Numbered from the stretch's first letter, positions 16,474-26,350 are shown. The stretch: 31,768 nucleotides of DNA from Fibrobacteria bacterium (GCA_041746255.1 JBGTHM010000084.1:1-31768); one strand, 5' to 3'. Notes: a model not told the origin generated them from the letters alone. Numbers and translations are program-made.

Positions 16474-19400
16474 TCAAGCCGCGATGCGGCTGGCTTCGTC
16501 GAGCTGCACGCTCACCAGCTTGGAAATGCCCTTGTTCTCCTGGGTTACGCCGTAGAGCATGTCGGAAGCCGCCATGGTTCGTTTATTATGGGTAACCACG
16601 ATGAATTGCGTCTGATGGCTGAAACGCCGGAGCAAGTGGACAAAGCGCCCGATATTGGCGTCGTCCAAAGGACCGTCCACTTCGTCGAGAATACAATAAG
16701 GGGATGGCCGTACAAGGTACAGGGCGAACAGCAGGGATATCGCCGTCAAGGCGCGCTCACCGCCGGAAAGCAGGCTGACGCCGCGCATTTTCTTACCGGT
16801 GGGCCGGGCGTTGATTTCGATTTTGGCGTCCAGCGGATCGACATTTTCTTCGAGGGTCAAATGCGCTTCACCGCCTTCGAAGAGGCTGGAAAAAACTTCC
16901 TGGAAATTGGCCTGCACCGTGGCGAAGGTATCGAGAAAGCGCTCTTTGGCAACCTTGTCCAGTTTGCGTATGGCCCTATCGAGGTCGTTGCGGGCTTTAT
17001 TCAAATCTTCGTATTGACGGCGCACTTCTTCCAGGCGCTGTTTCTCGGCTTCGTAGTCTTCCACGGCGCCGGTATTGATATTACCCAAGCCTTTGAGCTT
17101 TTCCTTCAACTCGCGGATTTCGATTTCCACCGCGCCTTCTTCGTAGGCAACTCTTTCGAAGGCCGGCTCCTCAACATCCAAATCGACTTCGTGCAATTCG
17201 AACATGCGTTCGCGCACCGAAGCCATATAGGCGCGCGTCTGTTCGATTTTGATTTCCAGATCATGGGCCTGTTGGGTAATTTCCCGCAGGCGTCCGCTCA
17301 TGGAACGCACTTGCGTGCGGATTTCCTCCAAATGCGAAGCCTTCCCGTCGTATATCTGGCGGACTTCGTCGCGGCTCTCTTCCTCCTCGGAGAGTCTTTG
17401 GTGCAAGACCTGGATTTGCTCTTCCATCTCCACCCGTCGCTCGCGTAATTGCCGCGATTGGCTATCCAATTCTTCTTTTTGCGCAGCCTGCTTCCCCACC
17501 AATTGCAATTGTTCGGTTTCGGATCGCTCCAGGTATTCGAGACGGCTGGCGAAAACACGCACCTGTGCCTGAGCTTCGCCCAGGTTTTTTTCCAGATTCC
17601 GCACCTCATCTTCAAGGGATGCCTTATTTCGTTCGGCCACTCTCACTTCGTCCAAAGCGGTTTGAAAGCGCGTTTCGAGAGTGCGGCGGCCTTCTTCCTC
17701 ACGCTCCATTTCCTCCCTAACCCGCGCTAAGCCGCCCTCGGCTTCCGCCCATCTTTCGTCCACTTGCTTGCGCTTGCTGTCGGCTTGGGCCTTTTCCCTT
17801 TCCAAATTGTCCAGGGCCGGCACCAAAACCTTTAATTTAGACTGGGTTTCCTGCATCTTGCGCTCCTGGACGCGCAACTCTTCCAGGATATCCTCCACGG
17901 AGTGGGAAGTCGATTCGGTTTCCGCCGTCAAACCGGTCACGTCCAGCACCATAGCGGCGTGGGTTTCCCTAACCTCGATAAGCCGAGACTCGGTTTGCTC
18001 CAATTCTATTTTGCGATGCAATAACCCTACTTGACCGCCTTTGCGCGAGCCGCCCGTCAGCATGCCGGAAGCATGCAACATTTCTCCCTCAGCCGTAAGC
18101 AGCCACACATCTTGTCCCTGCAAGGCAGGCAGTAACTCATACGCGGCCGCCAGCGACTCGACCTCGGCGCAATGCCCCAGAGCCACTTCCAGTGCCGTGG
18201 CCAAAGACTCCGGCGCTTTGACCCTGTCGATAAGCCAGCCCTTGAATCCCGCTCGGCCATCAAGCGATGGCCGGGTGCGGCGAAAGTTGTCGGACCCCGA
18301 TTGCGAGTCGAAGAATATCGCTTCGCCTTTTTCCTCTTTACGGATTTCCTGCAACAACTCCAAGGCCGACCCGCGGCCATCCACCAAAAGCGCTTGCAGA
18401 AACTTTCCTAGGGCTTTTTCCACCAATTCGGTATCGCCGGCATCGACTTCCAACAAATCCAGGAGGAGGCGTTGGCGATCCGGATTCTTGGAGAGCAGGT
18501 ATTGTACCCCGCTTTCCACCCCGTCCATACCCTTCTTCAAGCTTTGCAACATGCCGAAGCGGGTTTCCAAAGTCACTTTTTCATGCTCCAATTCACGCAG
18601 CCCCGACTTCATTTCGTCCAGTCGTGCCCGCATGGTTTCCCATCGGGTTTGCTGGGCTTGCCTTTGTTCGGACAAATCCCCGCACAAGCTTTGTAAAGCG
18701 ATTTCCTGGGATTCCAGACTTTGCTTCTCACCCGCGAATTGCGCTTCCCGCTCGGCCAAAGCGGCCAAGACGGATTCGGATTCTTCCTGCAGGGCCTGCA
18801 TATGGGCGGCTTCCTGGGAAAGCGCCGCGAAGCGGTTTTTAAGCTCTGAATACGATTCCAGCGCGCCCATGCGGTTTTCACCCAATTCGTCCGCAATCGC
18901 GCGCTTCTCGCTGACGATGGCATCCAGCCGCTGCCGTTCTTCGCCGTGTCCCCCCGCCAATTCCTTGAGGCGGAGCACTTCCTTTTCGGTAGCGATTCGC
19001 TCCAGTCGGCAATGCTCTTGCTGCGCTTTGAACTCCTGGATACGGCCTCGCGCCTGTTCATCGTCGCGCACCAATTTGTCCACCGACTCTGACAGATGGG
19101 AGAGGCGGTCTTTGACCCGCTCGCACTCGTTTTCAACCCTCACCAATTCGGCGTTGGTGGCCGCCACTTTCTGATTCAAGGCGTTCAACTTCTCTTCGTC
19201 TTCGGTCAACAGCAGTTTTCTTTCTTCGAGTTGGGCTTCCAACGTGCCCACCTTGGCCTGCAAACCCTGACCCTCGTCGGAAACCGTAGTCAATTCCTTT
19301 TGCATGGCCCGGAACTTGGTGTTCGCCTCCAAGTAGAGATCATACTGATAGCTGAGCTCCAGGGAGACATGGCGCTGTTTAAGTTCGCGCCACTTCTCGG

Positions 19401-20037
19401 CCCTTTTCGCCTGGCGTTCAAAGAGAGAAACGTTCTGTTGCACATGCCGCATATTGTCTTCGACGCGCGCCAAATCGATGGCGGTTCGATCGAGCTGACG
19501 CAGGGTTTCTTTGCGCTGCTGCTTGTATTTGCTGATACCGGCCGCCTCTTCGAACATGACCCGGCGCTCTTCCGCCTTATCGCTCAGGATACTGTCAATC
19601 ATTTTGGCTTCCATCAACGAATAGGAAGCCGCCCCCATGCCGGTGTCGTAGAAGAGGTTCTGGATGTCTTTGAGCCGGCAAGGCTGATTATTGATTAGGT
19701 ATTCGGAATTTCCGTCACGAAAGGCTCTTCGCGTAATCATAATCTGCGTGTAATCGGAAGGGAGGATTTTGGAATCGTTATTGATGAGAAGGGAGACCTC
19801 GGCCAAATTCATGGCGATGCGGTCGGCGGTGCCTGAGAATATCACGTCTTCCATTTTACTGGAGCGCAGGGCTTTGGCTTTTTGCTCGCCCAATACCCAG
19901 CGGATGGCGTCGATAATATTCGACTTTCCGCACCCATTGGGGCCGACTACCGACGTGATGCCTTCGCCGGGAAAATTGACTTCGACTTTATTGGCGAAGG
20001 ATTTGAAGCCGAAAATACGCAACTTGGATAGATACAT
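16474..20037 (-). CDS. smc: Chromosome segregation protein SMC
   Basis: GFKSFA, Walker A GPNGCGKSN, FEEAAGISKY, coiled coils with a central hinge, LSGGE signature, Walker B CILDEVD, QFIVVTH; 1,187 aa. Confidence 0.97.
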   Translation of the reverse strand: MYLSKLRIFGFKSFANKVEVNFPGEGITSVVGPNGCGKSNIIDAIRWVLGEQKAKALRSSKMEDVIFSGTADRIAMNLAEVSLLINNDSKILPSDYTQIMITRRAFRDGNSEYLINNQPCRLKDIQNLFYDTGMGAASYSLMEAKMIDSILSDKAEERRVMFEEAAGISKYKQQRKETLRQLDRTAIDLARVEDNMRHVQQNVSLFERQAKRAEKWRELKQRHVSLELSYQYDLYLEANTKFRAMQKELTTVSDEGQGLQAKVGTLEAQLEERKLLLTEDEEKLNALNQKVAATNAELVRVENECERVKDRLSHLSESVDKLVRDDEQARGRIQEFKAQQEHCRLERIATEKEVLRLKELAGGHGEERQRLDAIVSEKRAIADELGENRMGALESYSELKNRFAALSQEAAHMQALQEESESVLAALAEREAQFAGEKQSLESQEIALQSLCGDLSEQRQAQQTRWETMRARLDEMKSGLRELEHEKVTLETRFGMLQSLKKGMDGVESGVQYLLSKNPDRQRLLLDLLEVDAGDTELVEKALGKFLQALLVDGRGSALELLQEIRKEEKGEAIFFDSQSGSDNFRRTRPSLDGRAGFKGWLIDRVKAPESLATALEVALGHCAEVESLAAAYELLPALQGQDVWLLTAEGEMLHASGMLTGGSRKGGQVGLLHRKIELEQTESRLIEVRETHAAMVLDVTGLTAETESTSHSVEDILEELRVQERKMQETQSKLKVLVPALDNLEREKAQADSKRKQVDERWAEAEGGLARVREEMEREEEGRRTLETRFQTALDEVRVAERNKASLEDEVRNLEKNLGEAQAQVRVFASRLEYLERSETEQLQLVGKQAAQKEELDSQSRQLRERRVEMEEQIQVLHQRLSEEEESRDEVRQIYDGKASHLEEIRTQVRSMSGRLREITQQAHDLEIKIEQTRAYMASVRERMFELHEVDLDVEEPAFERVAYEEGAVEIEIRELKEKLKGLGNINTGAVEDYEAEKQRLEEVRRQYEDLNKARNDLDRAIRKLDKVAKERFLDTFATVQANFQEVFSSLFEGGEAHLTLEENVDPLDAKIEINARPTGKKMRGVSLLSGGERALTAISLLFALYLVRPSPYCILDEVDGPLDDANIGRFVHLLRRFSHQTQFIVVTHNKRTMAASDMLYGVTQENKGISKLVSVQLDEASRIAA

Positions 20038-20088
20038 GGACCGCCTTGAAATGAAACAGGTGTGAAACTGTGTGCGGAAAAATAGTCA

Positions 20089-20101
20089 AATCAAGGGCTT
20101 A
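20089..20101 (+). promoter_or_regulatory. IHF-consensus-like site in the smc/typA divergent intergenic region
   Basis: AATCAAGGGCTTA matches WATCAANNNNTTR. The motif is short and could occur by chance. Confidence 0.3.
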
Positions 20102-20235
20102 AGGCGCTTGGCCCCCCCTCAAAATTCAATAAATACTCACTAATTACGCCGGAACTCGGCAGGGCAAGCAGGGCGGTTCATTTGCGAAACCCACTCCCTA
20201 AAACCATGCCAGGGATATTGTCAGTCCCAACCCGC

Positions 20236-20264
20236 TTGACAAAGTACCTGATTTCTGTTTCTAT
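20236..20264 (+). promoter_or_regulatory. Possible sigma70 promoter for typA
   Basis: Perfect TTGACA at 20236-20241, but only a weak -10 (TGn-TTCTAT) at 17-bp spacing. Confidence 0.3.
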
Positions 20265-20419
20265 TTGCGCCACCGGCCACTGACCGGGGGTGATTTTACC
20301 GGATTTTTGTAAATTACGCGAGTCCTCCGCCCCATCCAGCCTAGCGCCGAAATGCCCAAATCAGTCCATTAAAGGGCGGCATTTCGTCGGCAACCCATCA
20401 AGGAGTAATTCCGGAACTT

Positions 20420-22228
20420 ATGAACAGCAACCACATCCGCAATGTGGCCATCATTGCGCACGTCGATCATGGCAAAACTACGCTGGTAGACGCTCTACTT
20501 AAACAAAGCGGCGCCTTTCGCGTCGGTCAAGTCGTCAATGAACGGGTCATGGACTCGAACGATCAGGAACGCGAACGCGGCATTACCATTTTTTCGAAGA
20601 ACGCATCCGTGCGTTACCTGGATTATCTCATCAATATCGTCGACACGCCGGGGCATGCCGACTTCGGCGGTCAAGTGGAACGCGTACTGGGAATGGTGGA
20701 TGGAGCCTTGCTCATCGTCGACGCTTTCGAAGGCCCCATGGCTCAGACGCGCTTCGTAACGAAAAAAGCCTTGGAACTCGGCCTTTCCATCGTGGTCGTA
20801 GTGAATAAAATCGACCGGCCCGGATGCGAGCCCCATAAGGCGCTCGACAAGGTGTTCGATTTATTCGTGGAGTTGAACGCCAGTCCGGAACAACTCGATT
20901 TCGCCCATATATTCGCCGCGGCCCGAAACGGTATTTGCCGGCGTGAGATCACCGATCCCGATTCCAATCTGGCTCCGGTTTTCGATCTCATCGTATCGCA
21001 TATACCGGCGCCTTCGGTAGGATTCGCGCCTGAACCCCTGGTGCAAATCACTTCGCTGGATTACCAGGAATTCATGGGTCGCTTGGCCGTGGGCCGCCTC
21101 CGCCAGGGGACCTTGCGTACAAACCAAACCCTGTCGCATATCAACGTGGATGGCCTGGTCAAAAAGGTGCGCATCAGCAAAATCCTTTTTCCCGAGGGCA
21201 TCAAGCTTACCGAAATCCCCGAAGCCATCGCCGGACAAATCGTCTGTCTCGCCGGCATTCCCGATTTCACCATCGGGGACACGCTTACGGGTGTCGAACC
21301 GCCGACCGCCCTTCCGCGTATCCATGTCGATCCTCCCACCATCGCCATGCGTTTTTGGGTAAACGACTCCCCCTTTTGCGGCCTGGACGGTGGTAAATTC
21401 CTTACCTCCAACCATCTAGCCGAGCGCCTTGAACGCGAATCGCTGAGCGATGTGGCCTTGCGCGTGGAAAAGGGTGAGGAATCGGGCAGTTATATCGTAT
21501 CGGGCCGCGGAGTGCTCCATCTTTCCGTGCTCATCGAAAAGATGCGACGCGAAGGTTATGAATTCACCGTCGGCCGACCCCGGGTAATCACGCGGGAAGA
21601 AAATGGAAAGACCTTCGAGCCGGTGGAAACCATCACGGTGGACGTTCCCGAATCGTACTCCGGTCTGGTGATCGAGGAAATCAACCGGCGTAAAGGTGAA
21701 ATGCAGGACATGCAGCTGGAAGGCAAGCAAGTGCGCCTGGTCTATGATATTCCGGCACGCGGTCTTATCGGTTTGCGTACCAGACTTCTCTCCGCCAGCA
21801 AAGGCTACGGGGTATTCCAACAAATTTTCAAAGGTTATGAGCCGCAAAAGGGCGAAATCGAACAGCGTTCTACCGGAGTGCTCATCGCCAAGGAAAAAGG
21901 CGAATCGGTCACCTACGCCCTCTGGAAGCTGGAAGAACGGGGAACCCTTTTCATAGGCGGTGGCGTGGACGTCTACCCGGGTATGATTGTAGGGGTAAAT
22001 TCGCGGGCCGACGATTTAGTCGTGAACGTGTGTAAAGCCAAGCAGCTGACCAATATGCGCACCACGTCTTCCGACGAAGCTACGGTATTGACTCCACATA
22101 AGCAAATGACCCTGGAAGAATGCTTGGAATTCATCAACGACGATGAAGCCCTGGAAGTCACCACCCAAAACATGCGCATGCGGAAAATTATATTGGATGA
22201 AAACGGTCGGAAACGCACCAAATTCTGA
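20420..22228 (+). CDS. typA: Translational GTPase TypA/BipA
   Basis: IRNVAIIAHVDHGKTTLVD, ERERGITI, DTPGHADFGG, NKID, GRGVLHL, EFINDDEALEVT; 602 aa. Confidence 0.97.
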   Translation: MNSNHIRNVAIIAHVDHGKTTLVDALLKQSGAFRVGQVVNERVMDSNDQERERGITIFSKNASVRYLDYLINIVDTPGHADFGGQVERVLGMVDGALLIVDAFEGPMAQTRFVTKKALELGLSIVVVVNKIDRPGCEPHKALDKVFDLFVELNASPEQLDFAHIFAAARNGICRREITDPDSNLAPVFDLIVSHIPAPSVGFAPEPLVQITSLDYQEFMGRLAVGRLRQGTLRTNQTLSHINVDGLVKKVRISKILFPEGIKLTEIPEAIAGQIVCLAGIPDFTIGDTLTGVEPPTALPRIHVDPPTIAMRFWVNDSPFCGLDGGKFLTSNHLAERLERESLSDVALRVEKGEESGSYIVSGRGVLHLSVLIEKMRREGYEFTVGRPRVITREENGKTFEPVETITVDVPESYSGLVIEEINRRKGEMQDMQLEGKQVRLVYDIPARGLIGLRTRLLSASKGYGVFQQIFKGYEPQKGEIEQRSTGVLIAKEKGESVTYALWKLEERGTLFIGGGVDVYPGMIVGVNSRADDLVVNVCKAKQLTNMRTTSSDEATVLTPHKQMTLEECLEFINDDEALEVTTQNMRMRKIILDENGRKRTKF

Positions 22229-22234
22229 TGTAAT

Positions 22235-22264
22235 TTGAGGTTTGGCCCTTCCTGGGGGTATACT
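22235..22264 (+). promoter_or_regulatory. Possible sigma70 promoter for the SH3b/ruvX gene group
   Basis: TTGAGG-N18-TATACT directly after the typA stop. Confidence 0.35.
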
Positions 22265-22299
22265 TCCAACGGATGCGATATCGTTGCTATTATGGCCTG

Positions 22300-23478
22300 A
22301 TGGCTTCACTTCTCCGCCCGACAAGGTCGCTGTTGGGCCTTTGTATTTTGCTGGCCCTTTCCGGAAATAGGGTCCAAGCTGACCCCATCGATTCGGGAGA
22401 GAGGCCTACCCAATGGGCCCGGGTGCAGGAAACGTTGGTCCCCGTCCGATCCGGCACGACCCGTAATGCGGAAATCATCACCACGGTGAGAAAAAATGAA
22501 GCCTTGGCGGTTCTGGCGATTAAGGGCGATTGGGTAGAGGTGAGGCTGGACTCATCCCGCAAAGGGTTCGTTCCGAAAACTTCCGTGGCCCTCGTCGACG
22601 CTCCGATAAAAATAGACCCCCGGGTTTTCGGAGGGACCCTTTCCGTGGTACTTTTCATCTGCCTGCTCCTCTTGGTATTCGCTGCCATTTCGGTTTACCT
22701 GCTAAGGCGCCGCCAGGCAGGCGCCCATCCTTCGCATTTAATGGAAACCCGCCAGCAAAACAAAATCCAATTGCTATTCTCGCAAGAACCGCGAATCCAC
22801 TCCCAATTGATGAATCAGGAAACCGATTTGAGCGCCTGCCTGCGCGCATTGGGATACCAACCTGCATTGGAGAAGAACCCAGATCGGTTTCTCGCCGCCT
22901 GTAAGGCGCTCCGGCCTCATTTAGTGTTGGCGGGAGCGGATCACCTGGAGGCTGTTGAGAAATCCATGACCGCCGATGCGCAACTGATAAATACGCCGGT
23001 GGTCTATTTTTATGAGGAAGAAAAACCGAAAGGATTGAAAGCGCGTATTCGCTCCTGCCTACCGATGCATTCGACCGATCGGGACCTCGCCCGGGAAATC
23101 GCCGCCTGCCTGAAAAAATCACCCCGGAAGATTCAATATTCCGTCAACAAGGTCGCCCTGTCCGGAGCCATTCGCAACGGAACCCTTCCGGAACTGGTGC
23201 ATTTCCTCTCCACCATGCGAAAAACCGGTGAACTGCTGCTTTCCTCGCAAAATGCGCAAGGCAAAGTGATTCTGATAAAGGGAGAAGTGATCCGCGCGAC
23301 TTGGGATGCGGAATCGGAAAAAGCCCTTGAGAAAATCCTCGATCTTTCGACCGGAACATTTGAGTTCCAGCATCGACGTTTACAGGCAAAAGATTCCCTT
23401 CCCTCAGGCCATACCGAAACCCTGTTACTCCAATGGGCGAAGCACAAAGATGAAAGCGACCACCGTACTCGGAATTGA
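22300..23478 (+). CDS. Membrane protein: signal peptide, SH3b domain, TM helix, degenerate receiver-like domain, DUF4388 (PatA_N-like) domain
   Basis: SH3b-like VRSGTTRNAEIITTVRKNEALAVLAIKGDWVEVRLDSSRKGFV; TM helix VVLFICLLLLVFAAISVYLL followed by RRR; REC-like RPHLVL...NTPVVY; DUF4388-like LSGAIRNGTLPELVHFLSTMRKTGEL...GTFEF...ETLLLQW. Start at 22300 or 22273. Confidence 0.75.
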   Translation: MASLLRPTRSLLGLCILLALSGNRVQADPIDSGERPTQWARVQETLVPVRSGTTRNAEIITTVRKNEALAVLAIKGDWVEVRLDSSRKGFVPKTSVALVDAPIKIDPRVFGGTLSVVLFICLLLLVFAAISVYLLRRRQAGAHPSHLMETRQQNKIQLLFSQEPRIHSQLMNQETDLSACLRALGYQPALEKNPDRFLAACKALRPHLVLAGADHLEAVEKSMTADAQLINTPVVYFYEEEKPKGLKARIRSCLPMHSTDRDLAREIAACLKKSPRKIQYSVNKVALSGAIRNGTLPELVHFLSTMRKTGELLLSSQNAQGKVILIKGEVIRATWDAESEKALEKILDLSTGTFEFQHRRLQAKDSLPSGHTETLLLQWAKHKDESDHRTRN

Positions 23479-23893
23479 TTTCGGCGAGAGGCGGATCGGC
23501 GTGGCCGTCAGCGATGTCGGGAAAACCCTGGCGGTGGGAGTAGGTACTATCGATCGACGTTCCCACGATGCGCTACTCTATCTGGATGAGGTCATTCGCG
23601 AGGAGAATGTCGAATCGATAGTGATCGGTTACCCTTTGCGCACGGACGGCAAGGAGGTAGCGGGGGGTAAAACCGACGCCGTCGATGCTTTTATACGAAT
23701 ACTTGAGACGCGCTTTGGGCTTCCTGTCCATCGGGAGGATGAAAGCTATACCAGCCAACTCGCCGAGGAAAGCCTGCGCGGCCGCCGCAAGAAAAACGGA
23801 AAACAGGCAAAACGATCTCGCAAAGAGGAAATCGATCGTGTGGCGGCCTGTTATATTCTTCAGGACTACCTGAACAGGACCCCCGCTCCATGA
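23450..23893 (+). CDS. ruvX: YqgF/RuvX family nuclease (putative pre-16S rRNA nuclease)
   Basis: VLGIDFGERRIGVAVSD, IVIGYPL, DESYTS, IDRVAACYILQDYL. Start reassigned to ATG at 23450 (147 aa). Confidence 0.95.
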   Translation: MKATTVLGIDFGERRIGVAVSDVGKTLAVGVGTIDRRSHDALLYLDEVIREENVESIVIGYPLRTDGKEVAGGKTDAVDAFIRILETRFGLPVHREDESYTSQLAEESLRGRRKKNGKQAKRSRKEEIDRVAACYILQDYLNRTPAP

Positions 23894-24318
23894 TGCACGT
23901 TTCACCTTGCGCCTGGTATTGCTTCGAATTCAGGGAAACCGGGGATTGGTCCGTAGAGGACGATCCCGAAAAGACCCTCCTCACCTCCTCCGACCGCACC
24001 GCCATCATCGAGCTGATAGCGGCCCGTAAAACCTCCGAGATGATCGACGTGGAAATTTCGGATTTTCACGAGGCCTACTTGAAGGAGGAGAAGATTCTTC
24101 CCGATAAAACCGTTATGACCGAAAACCCGCACAAGGTCATGATCATCGTGACCCGCGGAGTTGGACCCGACGAACGGTATTGGATCATCTGCCATGCCTT
24201 CTGGGGTCATTATTGCACTTTCATCCGTTTCCATGGACTGCCCCAAGGAAACCTGGACGGAAAGATCCAGACCTATTTCAATATCATCAATTCACTGCAG
24301 CCCCTCGCGCTCGAATGA
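23890..24318 (+). CDS. Hypothetical protein (N-terminus loosely DUF3805/PsbP-like)
   Basis: ATGA overlap with the ruvX stop; 142-aa acidic soluble protein. The family resemblance (SPxAW...W..ED; IINSL) is from memory and weak. Confidence 0.6.
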   Translation: MMHVSPCAWYCFEFRETGDWSVEDDPEKTLLTSSDRTAIIELIAARKTSEMIDVEISDFHEAYLKEEKILPDKTVMTENPHKVMIIVTRGVGPDERYWIICHAFWGHYCTFIRFHGLPQGNLDGKIQTYFNIINSLQPLALE

Positions 24319-24366
24319 ATTTGTTCGGGCCGGCAGGGGTGGAGTGTCCCGGCCGTTGACAACCGA

Positions 24367-25548
24367 TTATCGCTGGTACAAGGCGATGTTGGTTCTGAGG
24401 AACTTGATTTGCTGGGAGCTGAGCATGATTTGCGACTCTCCCCCGCATTCGAAGGGATGCATTAAATTGCTGAGTTGGCAGCTGCGGGAACAGGCATCCG
24501 CAGCCACCCGCATACAGCGGTAATCCTCACCCGTGGTCGCGATTTTGGCCAAAGCGATTCCACTCTCCACCTCGCAAAAAGGGGTATCGTCAAACCCGTC
24601 GTCGCGATTGGACAGGTCGCGGTCATATTCCATGTCGAGACGTGTGGCTACCGTATGGCGCAAACCGAAAAAGTGGCCGATCTCATGGGCGGCGGTAACC
24701 CCCACCTTTGCGGCATCGGTAATCTGGTTTGATAAAATGACGCGACTGTCGAGGGACCAATCCATGTCTGCGGCCTCGCGGGGAGCGAAACCTAATACGG
24801 TTTCCTCCGAAGGGCCTTTGATATTTTCTACCAAATAGATGTGAACGTGCCCGATTTCGCGGGATCCTGGCAGCGTGCGGGCCAGATTGCTCCAGGTCAC
24901 CGTGGTGAATTCGGATTCCGGACCGGCCCATTCAAAAGAACCCTGTATGGGAATGTTGGCTTGTTGAAAAACCGCGGACAGAGTGGCGAAAAATTTTTTC
25001 GCATAATCTGCGCGTTTGGATACGGTGGCTATATCCGTCAGCTGGTTCACGAAAATCAGGCGGACTTTTAGGGTGTCGGGACCCGTGGCGAGAGCGGATC
25101 TCAGTCGCACGCTCGAAAAACCGGTCAGGGGTTCATTGCCTGGCGGGTCCAAGCGAGCCACGTAACGATGGGATTGCGCTTGGGGAGATGTCAGTTCAAA
25201 ATAGGAACCCATTGCTCCAGCGTTAACCTCCCGAATGCTCCGGTCCCGTCTCAAGCGTCGATTGGAGTCGAAGCGATAGAGTTGCAGCGTCCGTTTGTCG
25301 TAAGCCGCGCCTTGCAACGACAGGGAATAAACCTTTCCCGGTTGCAGCCAGAATTGGACACCGTCGAATACCAATGCCTTGCGAAGGGAATCCCCGGCCG
25401 CTGCATCGTTCGCGTAGACACGCAAGAACGGCCCGTTACCGATGTCAGGCGGTACGGGGTCCACCACGATATCTCCGCAACCGGAAAGCAACAGGAGGCA
25501 AAGAGCCGCCACCGGCCACTGAGTAGATCTCTTAACGACTTCACGCAT
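24367..25548 (-). CDS. Lipoprotein zinc metalloprotease, metzincin / M43 (pappalysin-like) family
   Basis: Lipobox LLLSGC, zinc motif HEIGHFFGLRHT, then DTPFC and Met-turn NLM. The likely ATG at 25548 overlaps the DUF4416 stop by 8 nt. Confidence 0.85.
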   Translation of the reverse strand: MREVVKRSTQWPVAALCLLLLSGCGDIVVDPVPPDIGNGPFLRVYANDAAAGDSLRKALVFDGVQFWLQPGKVYSLSLQGAAYDKRTLQLYRFDSNRRLRRDRSIREVNAGAMGSYFELTSPQAQSHRYVARLDPPGNEPLTGFSSVRLRSALATGPDTLKVRLIFVNQLTDIATVSKRADYAKKFFATLSAVFQQANIPIQGSFEWAGPESEFTTVTWSNLARTLPGSREIGHVHIYLVENIKGPSEETVLGFAPREAADMDWSLDSRVILSNQITDAAKVGVTAAHEIGHFFGLRHTVATRLDMEYDRDLSNRDDGFDDTPFCEVESGIALAKIATTGEDYRCMRVAADACSRSCQLSNLMHPFECGGESQIMLSSQQIKFLRTNIALYQR

Positions 25549-26131
25549 GCAAAGACTCTTCGGGACTTGGCCCACTTTGGGTGTTTCGCTTCCGTAGATC
25601 AGATTTCAACTTCTCCCGGATAACGATAAGGCTTGCATGATAACGGGTATCCTTGAAGTCCGGAAAGGCCCATGGCATGGGCTCGAACCGGCCATTCCCG
25701 TATTTTACCAAGATATCCGCGAAAACGCCATTTCCAAGATAAACCTTTAGAGGCCCGCTCTTAAAAGACCCCAGAACCAGCTTGTCCGGGTCGAGGTAAC
25801 CTATATCGATATTACAAATCCGCTTGCCGGATGGGGAAATTTCTTGCTCTATCTCCCGGGTTTTCCGCTTCCACTCTACGAGGTTTTCCGGGTTAGCCAC
25901 TCCACGAAAGGATAAGATTCCCCTCCACAAACCCTCTCCGAATTCATCCCGATAATAATCCGTATGGTCGAATGCATGCATTTTCCCCCGGTAATCCACC
26001 GGCCCAAAGCGGTTTTCGAGGGCGCGCAGCACTTCCGGAAGCCATTTAGGGCCGTGCAAGAGCACGGCGGCAACTATTTTACAGAGGGGACGGCCAGCCG
26101 CAGCCATCTTTGATTCGTCCTTAACCTCCAT
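25541..26131 (-). CDS. DUF4416 family protein
   Basis: FDHTDYY..EFG, RICNIDIGYL...LVL, VYLGNGVFAD, PWAFPDF; AGGAGG ribosome-binding site upstream. Confidence 0.85.
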   Translation of the reverse strand: MEVKDESKMAAAGRPLCKIVAAVLLHGPKWLPEVLRALENRFGPVDYRGKMHAFDHTDYYRDEFGEGLWRGILSFRGVANPENLVEWKRKTREIEQEISPSGKRICNIDIGYLDPDKLVLGSFKSGPLKVYLGNGVFADILVKYGNGRFEPMPWAFPDFKDTRYHASLIVIREKLKSDLRKRNTQSGPSPEESLHA

Positions 26132-26350
26132 GTTCCTCCTTACGGCACGATCGCTTTAGTTCGTTGAGTGATAAGGGGTTGAAGCGTTCAACCAGAGACC
26201 GTTCTACCGGAATGGTCATTTTCCCGCCCATTAAAACGCCTTTCGAATGGGTCACGCATAAGATTCATACGGTAATTCGCTCAATTTTTTCTTAGAATCC
26301 AATTTACCGATTAATTATCTTTTTTACATCACCTATCTGAAAGGATCTCT

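Noticed and set aside
16354..19698. Long + strand ORFs (364, 377 and 200 aa) opposite smc
   Set aside because: Antisense shadows of a coiled-coil gene; no recognisable motifs.
20265..20419. Riboswitch or ncRNA in the typA leader (also the small hairpin near 26190-26212)
   Set aside because: Only short GC-rich hairpins with no recognisable family motif; an Infernal/Rfam scan would be needed.
23306..23449. N-terminal extension of RuvX
   Set aside because: It lies within the DUF4388 coding region; the family motif begins at MKATTVLGID (23450).
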